From a virus: 64,000 bases of DNA. Positions within the stretch are counted from its first letter, which is position 1. Every line of letters begins with the position of its first letter. The translations under genes and the position numbers were made by a program. The notes under the pieces are model-generated. The model was not told the origin of the DNA, made no database searches, and saw only the letters and a program-made list of their open reading frames with translations. The stretch lies in IMG/VR virus record IMGVR_UViG_3300028586_000750, one strand, 5' to 3'. This document shows positions 57,285 to 64,000 of this stretch, piece by piece.

Positions 57285-57402
57285 CACTGTCACAGGTTGC
57301 TTTTTGCGCCTGTTAGGTGTATGATTTAACTGTAAGCAAGAAAGACCGAGGTTACTTGAACGCTCGGCATTAAACAAAAACAACAAGGAAAGAAGGAACA
57401 AA

Positions 57403-57708
57403 ATGTACGCTGTTAACAATTACGAGAAGATTGATAACCTACGCGCTGAGCTTGCTAAGGCAGAAGCAGAGCGTGACAAGTTCGAGAAGCTCACCGAGGA
57501 CAAGCGACTTGCCACTACCATTCATGAGGACCAGTGTCACTGGAACCATACGGATGGTTGCGGTTGGTTCTATAATGACGAGAAAGACCCAACTATTTGG
57601 GTTAAGGACACTACTCGTGCCCGTTACCTAAAAAAGGCTAATGACCTTTTGGCGGTTGTTGATTATGACACTGCTTTGAAGGTTATGAAGGCTCTAAAGG
57701 GTCGTTGA
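57403..57708 (+). CDS. Hypothetical protein with H-x-x-x-C-x-x-x-H-x-x-GC-x-W-x-Y motif
   Basis: GAAGGA RBS; behind leader hairpin copy 3. Confidence 0.7.
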   Translation: MYAVNNYEKIDNLRAELAKAEAERDKFEKLTEDKRLATTIHEDQCHWNHTDGCGWFYNDEKDPTIWVKDTTRARYLKKANDLLAVVDYDTALKVMKALKGR

Positions 57709-57872
57709 TACAAAGCAAATATCCCCACCAGAACTAACTGGTGGGGATATTTGCTTTTAGGCTATGGGAAAAGACAACATGTAACGTCTGAGTTCTGAAG
57801 TTCCTTAAGATCCTCAAGATCGCTTTAATATAGAAAAGCGATTAGTTTGGTGTTTGTTAAAAACTTTGGCAG

Positions 57873-58691
57873 TTAACTACAATATTTACGAAACGTGTCC
57901 CAACCTTGTTCGTTCCAGTTAAGACCAGGGTATTTACCTGCAATGGGTGGAATAACATCATCAGAGTGACCTGCGTGACCGTTAATAAGTCCGGAGTAAG
58001 GCAACATCAATAAGTGCCATTTTCCACCAGCGCCATGACAAACAGGGTATTTGTTCTTTGTGCTGCTGTAAGTTGGAGCGGTCGGTTTAACTGTAGGCTG
58101 AGGTTGCTGCACAACAGGGGCTGGCTGGGTAACAACTACCGGTGCAGTTGAAGGTGTTGACTGCTGTGGGACAGGTGTAATGACAGGAGGGGCTGGTTGC
58201 TCTTCTACATGGTCGCCAACTGTTGGGTCTGTGGTTCCTGGTCCACTACCTACAATTACTACGCTTTCATCAGGTACCACACCAAGACAACTTCCATCCC
58301 CAATTTTTCCTGTTTGGGAACTGTAGTGATAAGAGACAATATCTGTCTCACTGAATACATGACTGCCCCAGATGCATGCTACTTGTCCTGGTCCGGTTCC
58401 ATCTACCATGAGCACAAGGTTATTTTCACCTGTTATTGCTGCGTTCTGGTTGAAGTAATCTTCACCAACGATGAAACCATCAGCGTCAAGTTGTTTAACT
58501 AAAATATTTGCGCTGCTGCGAATATCGCTTTTGACTGTTGCCAGTATGGCGTCACGTTGAAAACTGTTATTCAGAGGAATTACGATTGCAGCTAGTGTCC
58601 CAATAATTACAATAACGATTAATAATTCAAGCAGTGTGAAGCCGTCTTCCTTGTCTTTCAGGGCTTTAAGTTTAGGAAGAGTAAAAGTCAT
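57873..58691 (-). CDS. Type IV prepilin-like protein with Pro-rich linker and His-rich C-terminal module
   Basis: EDG|FTLLELLIVIVIIGTLAAIVIP; C-terminal VCHG...GHAGHSDDVIPP...YPGLNW. Confidence 0.85.
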   Translation of the reverse strand: MTFTLPKLKALKDKEDGFTLLELLIVIVIIGTLAAIVIPLNNSFQRDAILATVKSDIRSSANILVKQLDADGFIVGEDYFNQNAAITGENNLVLMVDGTGPGQVACIWGSHVFSETDIVSYHYSSQTGKIGDGSCLGVVPDESVVIVGSGPGTTDPTVGDHVEEQPAPPVITPVPQQSTPSTAPVVVTQPAPVVQQPQPTVKPTAPTYSSTKNKYPVCHGAGGKWHLLMLPYSGLINGHAGHSDDVIPPIAGKYPGLNWNEQGWDTFRKYCS

Positions 58692-58849
58692 ACTATTAGT
58701 TTCGGTTGATTATAGATAATTTTGTTTTCTGGTGGTTATACGTCTTCAAAAAGACAAACAATTTTTCTTAGTTATGGTTGCATATCTGCTTGATGCTGTG
58801 TATGCTGGGTTTATCAGCAACAGTCACCTTCACAAAATTGGAGAACAAA

Positions 58850-59227
58850 ATGTTCGGTAAGCGTAAGAAGCAGGCTCAGGCAATTCAGACCGTCGTTCGC
58901 ACCGTTCAGGTTCGTACTGACGAGGACAAGACGCTGCGTGCCAATGTCAGCCAGTACGTGGAGAACGCCGAGAACGAGTACGCTCGACTGGCCAAGTCCG
59001 TCAGTGATGCCCTGGATGCCCGCGACGAGGGTCGCTACTACGACCGTGGTCAGATGGACCGCGACCAGGGTAAGATGCATGTTCTGGTTGCTTCTGTCGC
59101 TGCGGTTACGGGAACTGACCTCATCGTGATGTCGTTCAAGATGGACAAGCTTGCTCAGGCTCGCCGTAACGGTCGTTTTCCTCTGAACTCGTTCCTTTCC
59201 AACGGTTCCCTCATCTACGCTAACTGA
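58850..59227 (+). CDS. Hypothetical protein
   Basis: TTGGAGAACAAA-ATG. Confidence 0.7.
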   Translation: MFGKRKKQAQAIQTVVRTVQVRTDEDKTLRANVSQYVENAENEYARLAKSVSDALDARDEGRYYDRGQMDRDQGKMHVLVASVAAVTGTDLIVMSFKMDKLAQARRNGRFPLNSFLSNGSLIYAN

Positions 59228-59310
59228 ACAAAATAGGTAAGGCCCCACCAGAATTAACTGGTGGGGCCTTGCCTATTTTAGGACTACATGGTAATGGGAA
59301 AAGACAAGCT

Positions 59311-59748
59311 TTAGTTGTTTTTGCGGATTTCAGCCTTAGCGTTAATCTTAATCTCTTCAAACTTACGCATCCAAATATCTTGTGCGCTTTGTGCTTGTTC
59401 TAAAACTTTTTCACACTGTTCAACATATACAGCTTTTGCTTCTGCAAGTGTACGGAAAATGTTGACGCTGATACCTGTGTACCCACGGTAACCAGTGTTG
59501 TCGTAGGGAGCAATGATTGTAGAAAGGGCAGCACCATTCTTCCCTACAGGTCGGAAGTGGTAATCTGCGTAGTACACTGTTTTTCGTGGAGGAAGCTCAG
59601 TGTTGGGGAAAAGGATAACCTCTGTTGGAGCAATATTACGAATAGGTTTGTTGAGGATATCACCATGACGGAAGTCAGTGATGAATAGCTTATCTCCAAC
59701 GCTAATTTCACCAGTATTGATAGCTTCAGCTAGCTCTTTGTAATCCAT
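59311..59748 (-). CDS. Hypothetical protein
   Basis: 145 aa; overlaps the upstream gene's stop. Confidence 0.7.
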   Translation of the reverse strand: MDYKELAEAINTGEISVGDKLFITDFRHGDILNKPIRNIAPTEVILFPNTELPPRKTVYYADYHFRPVGKNGAALSTIIAPYDNTGYRGYTGISVNIFRTLAEAKAVYVEQCEKVLEQAQSAQDIWMRKFEEIKINAKAEIRKNN

Positions 59749-60149
59749 TAAACATTTTCCTTTTCTAGAAGTTCGTGTTGAGCAATCTTTTTAGCTTCGT
59801 GTTCTAATATAGCGCGGTTCATTTGTTCTAGTTCTGTTTGATGTTCAAAAGCTTGTCCCAAATTGTAATCTGGGTTACTAGAAAGAATTAAAGCTGGGGC
59901 GTACTGTATAGGGTAATAGAAAGTCTTGAATGCAGAGGCTTTTTTATATACATGATTGCCCTGCCATGCCGCTTCTTCACGTACTGCTTGCGCCATAACA
60001 ATTTTTAAGTTGTTGTCTTGATATTCAACTGAATGCGCAACTGGTGGGATTGAGTAATCAGAGCGAGCATTACCATTTAACTCAATTAAATATTGGTTAC
60101 AAGCTCTGACGTGAAGAGAAACAGTAAATGGTTGTTGTAATTTAGTCAT
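59748..60149 (-). CDS. Hypothetical protein
   Basis: GGGAGAG RBS before MTKLQQP. Confidence 0.65.
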   Translation of the reverse strand: MTKLQQPFTVSLHVRACNQYLIELNGNARSDYSIPPVAHSVEYQDNNLKIVMAQAVREEAAWQGNHVYKKASAFKTFYYPIQYAPALILSSNPDYNLGQAFEHQTELEQMNRAILEHEAKKIAQHELLEKENV

Positions 60150-60507
60150 CACTGTCTTCTCCCTCATATGGTCTTACAATATAATCTAAATATTCTTCAT
60201 TAACAGTTTTAACAAAATTTGGAATATTTGCAATCAAAAAGTAATAAACAGCTCTGTTTCTTGGTTGAAATGTTTCGTTTGCAACTGTATCTGTATCCAT
60301 TTCAGTGTTCCAACGATAATTAGGAATCCAAGCTCCATCTTCGTTGACATGAATAAGCATCATTCCGTTTTCAAAAGAGAACTCATGTGCATAGCTAGGG
60401 AATTCGACTGACGGATTAATGCGCTCGTTGAGTCTCAGTCTATATCTATTAGTTCCACGCAAAGCTAAGACTTTTTCGTCTAGCTGAATGAATTCTTGCT
60501 TATCCAT
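60142..60507 (-). CDS. Hypothetical protein
   Basis: AAGGAAATA-ATG. Confidence 0.7.
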   Translation of the reverse strand: MDKQEFIQLDEKVLALRGTNRYRLRLNERINPSVEFPSYAHEFSFENGMMLIHVNEDGAWIPNYRWNTEMDTDTVANETFQPRNRAVYYFLIANIPNFVKTVNEEYLDYIVRPYEGEDSDD

Positions 60508-60642
60508 TATTTCCTTAATAAAGTTGTATTATAACCTTACCAGAAAACACTTAGAATATCAATCTTTATATGAGTTAAGGACGATGGGAAAAGACAAAGG
60601 TGAGTTGCAGTTCAGTTCAACTGCAACTCACCTTTGTAGCTG

Positions 60643-61305
60643 TTAGGCGCTTAGTGCCACCCTGGACGCGTTACCGAGAACGTTAGTCGCGCTAAGAAGA
60701 GCGATAAGCTCACGGATAGAAGTGGAGCGGGCAAGCTTCACAACGTCCTTAGAGAAGCCAAGGAAGTTGTTGTTAGAGGAAGCTACGAAGCCGTGAGGGC
60801 CTTTGCCCTTTGCAAGGACATACACAGCCGTGTGGCCCCATTCCCAACCGTCACGACGGTCATTGGTGGCAGGGGTAAGAGGCTGGTCTACCACGTCAGG
60901 AAGAACAAGAAGCTGTAGGGCTGCCGAACCGTAACCCTCAGGGATACCGTAACCGCTGACGGTAGGCATCCAGTGGTTCCAACCAAGCTGGTCATAGCTG
61001 GGAGACACGTGCTTGCGCATGTCACTTTCGGGAATGCCCATGTTCTTAGCACCTTCGTAGTCCATGATTGCACCCTTGAAAGTACCCTCTAGGATGGTCA
61101 CAGTCTCGGCACGATAAGAACCGTCGTAAGACCTGACCTGCTTGCCAGTCTGAGCTTCCCAAACGGCAACCCACAGGGCCATAGCGGCAAGAGGCGTAAC
61201 GATTGCCTCAGTACCTGCAAGGTAGCGGGTGCGGGCGTCCTTGCGCTCATCCATTTCGCGCTCGAACTCTGCATCGTCAAAATCGTCGTAATCACGGTTA
61301 GACAT
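60643..61305 (-). CDS. Hypothetical protein
   Basis: 220 aa, C-ending codon style. Confidence 0.75.
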   Translation of the reverse strand: MSNRDYDDFDDAEFEREMDERKDARTRYLAGTEAIVTPLAAMALWVAVWEAQTGKQVRSYDGSYRAETVTILEGTFKGAIMDYEGAKNMGIPESDMRKHVSPSYDQLGWNHWMPTVSGYGIPEGYGSAALQLLVLPDVVDQPLTPATNDRRDGWEWGHTAVYVLAKGKGPHGFVASSNNNFLGFSKDVVKLARSTSIRELIALLSATNVLGNASRVALSA

Positions 61306-61502
61306 GTCTAATAACTTTCTAAAAGAAGGTGTGTTGCTCTGACTTCATAAGACTACATGAAGCAGGCCGTACTTGCAACATCTTGTTGAACTTTTTGGGA
61401 AAAATTATTGAACAAGATTTTTCGGTTTTGGTGTTGCATCTTTGATTTATCCGGCGTATGATTGTCTTAGACGTTGTTCACCCCTTTGAAAGGTTTAACA
61501 TT

Positions 61503-61670
61503 ATGGCTTCCATGCTGGTCAACCCCAAGTCCGCCCGTAAGTGCTGCAAGGGCTGCTCGTCCGAGTACGGTGAGCGCGCTCACGGCAAGGGCAAGCAGGA
61601 GTTCAAGCGCATCATCCGTCACCGTGACAAGCAGAACTTCAAGCGCGAGGTCATCCGCAACGAGTTCTAG
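61503..61670 (+). CDS. Small basic protein with CC-x-x-C motif
   Basis: GAAAGG RBS; ARKCCKGC...KRIIRHRDKQ. Confidence 0.65.
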   Translation: MASMLVNPKSARKCCKGCSSEYGERAHGKGKQEFKRIIRHRDKQNFKREVIRNEF

Positions 61671-61748
61671 TCTTAAATAAGTATCGCCTCTCACCTAAAA
61701 CTAGGTGAGAGGCGATACTTATTTGTAGGCTATGGGAAAAGACGGATG

Positions 61749-62228
61749 TTAGCTTTCTTGCGTCGTCATTTTGCCGGTCATTGAAATGTACAATACGCCA
61801 AAGCCGTTACCGACAAACTTGTATTTTTCCACTCCATCTGCTGTCAAACCTACCTCAGGGGCAATAGTTACATTTCTACCTAAGATGAAGTAGTTATTCC
61901 ATGAGCCGCTAACAGTAATAGAGGTATTTATGTCAGTTTTGACTATTTTGTATTTTGCGAGTGAAGTAGCATCTTGTGTATTACCAGCCGCATAACCATA
62001 GACGGTATCTGCGGTAGGGTTCTTTACCAAGTAGGTAATGACGTTAGTATTAGTGTTTTTAACGTCAGACTTAACACCTGCAATTAAAGCAGCTTTTTGT
62101 TGATTGGCAAAAATAGGGATAGCGATAGCTGCTAGAATACCAATAATTACTACAACAATCATAAGTTCAATAAGAGTGAAACCCTCTTCTGAACCTGTTG
62201 CTCGTAAAGTGCGTAGTTTTTCTACCAT
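61749..62228 (-). CDS. Type IV major-pilin-sized prepilin
   Basis: GAGG RBS; MVEKLRTLRATGSEEG|FTLIELMIVVVIIGILAAIAIPIFANQQ; 159 aa. Confidence 0.9.
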   Translation of the reverse strand: MVEKLRTLRATGSEEGFTLIELMIVVVIIGILAAIAIPIFANQQKAALIAGVKSDVKNTNTNVITYLVKNPTADTVYGYAAGNTQDATSLAKYKIVKTDINTSITVSGSWNNYFILGRNVTIAPEVGLTADGVEKYKFVGNGFGVLYISMTGKMTTQES

Positions 62229-62342
62229 GTTAACCTCGAAGTATTTGTTATCTTCATTATCTGGTTTCTCTGTGTTTAGCTCGGGCCTTACCAAAAGATG
62301 ATAATGTATCTTATCGTTTCTTATCTTTTGCATAATGTATGG

Positions 62343-62391
62343 GTGTCTCAATAATGAGACATTCTATGAAACTATCTCATTATTGAGACAC
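62343..62391. promoter_or_regulatory. 17-bp inverted repeat (candidate operator) between divergent genes
   Basis: GTGTCTCAATAATGAGA-15nt-TCTCATTATTGAGACAC; abuts a TTGCGT -35. Confidence 0.7.
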
Positions 62392-62454
62392 TTGCGTTGG
62401 CATAACAACATATGCTATTCTTAAATCCTTAATCTTCATTTAGAATGGAACACT

Positions 62455-62850
62455 ATGGTTGCTTTTATTGCACAAATTATTATCTCTTTCGATCCGCTGC
62501 GCGCTTGGGTCAACAAGAAGCCAAACAAGAGCGCATATGTTCTTTTAGCTCTTAACGTGGTGGCTTTCATCCTAAGTTTTGCCCTACTTTCTAGTGGCTC
62601 TTGGCCTACTATTAACTGGCTAACTCTATTTGGGCTTGTTGGGTTGGTAGCTTCAATTCTTTGGCTTGGAGCTAACCTAGCTAATCTTTATGCTGTAGGC
62701 GCTTTTGATGGTCTAGTGACACGTTATGGCGTATTCGGTAAGCGAGTACAAGAGGAAGTTGTTTTCCAGCGTATCCAGCAAAACACTGTACGTGAAGAAA
62801 TTCGTGGCAATGGAAAAGACGACAAAGCATTAGAACACCTAATTGGCTAA
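62455..62850 (+). CDS. Membrane protein (paralog trio, copy 1)
   Basis: DP-x-x-x-W N-terminus plus two TM. Confidence 0.7.
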   Translation: MVAFIAQIIISFDPLRAWVNKKPNKSAYVLLALNVVAFILSFALLSSGSWPTINWLTLFGLVGLVASILWLGANLANLYAVGAFDGLVTRYGVFGKRVQEEVVFQRIQQNTVREEIRGNGKDDKALEHLIG

Positions 62851-62960
62851 TTGAAGAAACCCTCTCTAGATATTCAGAGAGGGTTTCTTTTTGAGTGATT
62901 ATATGATAGGCTCAATGGGTAAAGACATTATTAATTGCAACTTATTGATTGGAAAAAATC

Positions 62961-63398
62961 ATGACCCAGCTTTTTGCCAAATTTCTTGTCCTTTTTGACC
63001 CTATCGTTGACTGGGCTGACCGTGGCGATACGGACGCCCGTAAATACTTCTCGTTCTCTGTGCTGTACTTGGTGCTCACAGCTATTTTTGTTGTAATAGC
63101 TAATCTATTTGGAATGCCAGAAATGAACTGGGGAACAGGTCTTAGTGGTCTAGCTTTCCTTATCTTCGGAATTATGAGCTTTGGGGCTATGCTTTGGGCT
63201 TGCCTAGAGTTCTTCAACTCGAACCGCTGGTATTCTATTTGGGACGCAACAGGTGGAGCTATCAGCAACAAGGTTGATAAGGCCAAGAATGAAGTCCGCA
63301 ACCAGAAGCGTGCCAGCCAGGACGAAGCAATTACCCATTCGGTTGCTCTATACGACCCTTCGGCTTCTCGTCGTGAAGACATTGAGTACATGCGTTAA
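62961..63398 (+). CDS. Membrane protein (paralog trio, copy 2)
   Basis: FLVLFDPIVDW...two TM...DIEYMR. Confidence 0.75.
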   Translation: MTQLFAKFLVLFDPIVDWADRGDTDARKYFSFSVLYLVLTAIFVVIANLFGMPEMNWGTGLSGLAFLIFGIMSFGAMLWACLEFFNSNRWYSIWDATGGAISNKVDKAKNEVRNQKRASQDEAITHSVALYDPSASRREDIEYMR

Positions 63399-63514
63399 CC
63401 ACTAGTTACAAAAACACCCTCTTTTTCGGAAGAGGGTGTTTCTTTTTAGGTACAGGTGTGATAGGCTAAATGGGTAAAGACATTTACTGACAAAAACTTA
63501 TTGATTGGAAAATC

Positions 63515-63928
63515 ATGGCTTACATCATTGCACGGTTCCTCATCCTGCTTGACCCTATTGTGGCTTGGTCTAAGAGGGGGAAGCATGGCGAGTCGCGCCA
63601 GTTCTTCTTGGTCACATTGTCATTTCTTGCCGGGTTTAATATTTCGGTTGGACTAACTAAACTTTCTGGTTTTCCTGCTTTTAACTTCGGAACAATTTTG
63701 TTCTTTCTTACCGCATTTGTGTGCATCCTTGTAACTATTGTGTCAGCCATAGTGGCGGTTTTCGAGTACATGATTAACGGAGGATGGGCAAGTACAGGGG
63801 ATGTTTTCTTTAAGCAGATTAGGAAGGCTAAGCAGGACATTCGCGCACAGAAGAATGCCGCTGAGGCCCCTGAGAACGTTCAGGTATCTAAGGCTTACAC
63901 GCCTGATGACCTTGAATATCTTCGTTAA
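63515..63928 (+). CDS. Membrane protein (paralog trio, copy 3)
   Basis: FLILLDPIVAW...two TM...DLEYLR. Confidence 0.75.
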   Translation: MAYIIARFLILLDPIVAWSKRGKHGESRQFFLVTLSFLAGFNISVGLTKLSGFPAFNFGTILFFLTAFVCILVTIVSAIVAVFEYMINGGWASTGDVFFKQIRKAKQDIRAQKNAAEAPENVQVSKAYTPDDLEYLR

Positions 63929-64000
63929 AGCTTAACCAATGAGTAGTGCCCCACCAGAATTAACTGGTGGGGCACTACTCATTGGTATTAAAGTTGACTT

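Larger units (their letters stand above)
56558..57367 (+). promoter_or_regulatory. Three identical 22-nt leader hairpins CCGAGGTTACTTGAACGCTCGG
   Basis: Copies at 56558-56579, 56952-56973 and 57346-57367, each followed by an A-rich AAACAACAAG(G)AAAGAAG tract before the ATG. Confidence 0.85.
4651..61743 (+). repeat. Dispersed strand-polarised motif TGGGAAAAGAC(A), about 29 copies
   Basis: Starts at 4651, 6821, 11598, 16388, 17697, 21391, 22849, 26421, 28081, 32084, 33553, 35857, 37158, 38293, 41043, 42994, 44371, 45622, 46736, 47570, 49106, 50605, 53252, 54655, 56101, 57765, 59295, 60585 and 61733; TGGGTAAAGACA variants at 30166, 62916 and 63471. Confidence 0.92.
9804..63980. terminator. Family of long hairpins with shared inner core CACCAG-AATTAA-CTGGTG (likely bidirectional terminators)
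   Basis: AATTAA loops at 17806, 21504, 26446, 59252 and 63958; reversed TTAATT at 16865 and 44396; AACTAA at 39837 and 57732; variants at about 9804, 13866, 14415, 29479, 32112 and 34125; outer stems differ but still pair. Confidence 0.8.

Noticed and set aside
4651-61743. TGGGAAAAGAC as a promoter element, RBS or repressor stoperator
   Set aside because: Its strand does not follow gene direction and its distance to start codons is not fixed.
61749-62351. Track start for the third pilin (200 aa) and similar upstream extensions (33581, 34124, 27826, 52921)
   Set aside because: Downstream ATGs have better RBS context or give the expected N-terminus, such as a short prepilin leader; the extensions run into promoter regions.
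9804-63980. Integron attC cassette array
   Set aside because: The hairpins lack consistent RYYYAAC/GTTRRRY ends, genes face both directions with their own promoters, and no integrase is present.
1-64000. Stop-codon reassignment (alternative genetic code)
   Set aside because: Long conserved genes (recN, methylase, phosphoesterase, pilins) read intact in code 11, and TAA, TAG and TGA all end genes ahead of terminators.

Overview
This window has no housekeeping, virion-structural or integrase genes. It is a dense array of more than 100 short, mostly single-gene transcription units on both strands. A typical unit has a sigma-A-like promoter (TTGCNN-17-TANNNT), either an AGGAGAACATC-type Shine-Dalgarno or a leaderless ATG, and a hairpin terminator. 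This best fits the accessory (early) region of a large lytic phage or another large extrachromosomal element of an actinobacterial host; the host is inferred from the RecN and pilin sequence style and from the leaderless starts. Recognisable genes are recN, three type IV prepilin-like genes, a SpoU/TrmH methyltransferase, a metallophosphoesterase, an ImmA/IrrE-like protein lacking HExxH, an orphan HicA, an HNH nuclease, a DUF1524+Excalibur lipoprotein, a phosphodiester glycosidase, an exported beta-helix protein, a cyclic-phosphate receiver-like domain, an XRE HTH and a P-loop NTPase. The strongest unexplained signals are: (1) four tRNA-shaped RNAs with D-loops of 12, 26, 62 and 91 nt, three of them with abnormal anticodon loops; (2) TGGGAAAAGAC found about 29 times, always on the + strand regardless of gene direction, plus a second polarised motif GACGGAC[G/A]TTTT; (3) three phage-borne pilins with no pilus machinery in the window; (4) terminator hairpins sharing a CACCAG-AATTAA-CTGGTG core, and reused promoter/leader cassettes; (5) an iteron-like repeat region at 51.5-51.8 kb. 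All folding, counting and family assignments were done by eye, with no database searches. Several start codons were re-assigned relative to the ORF track using RBS or promoter position.
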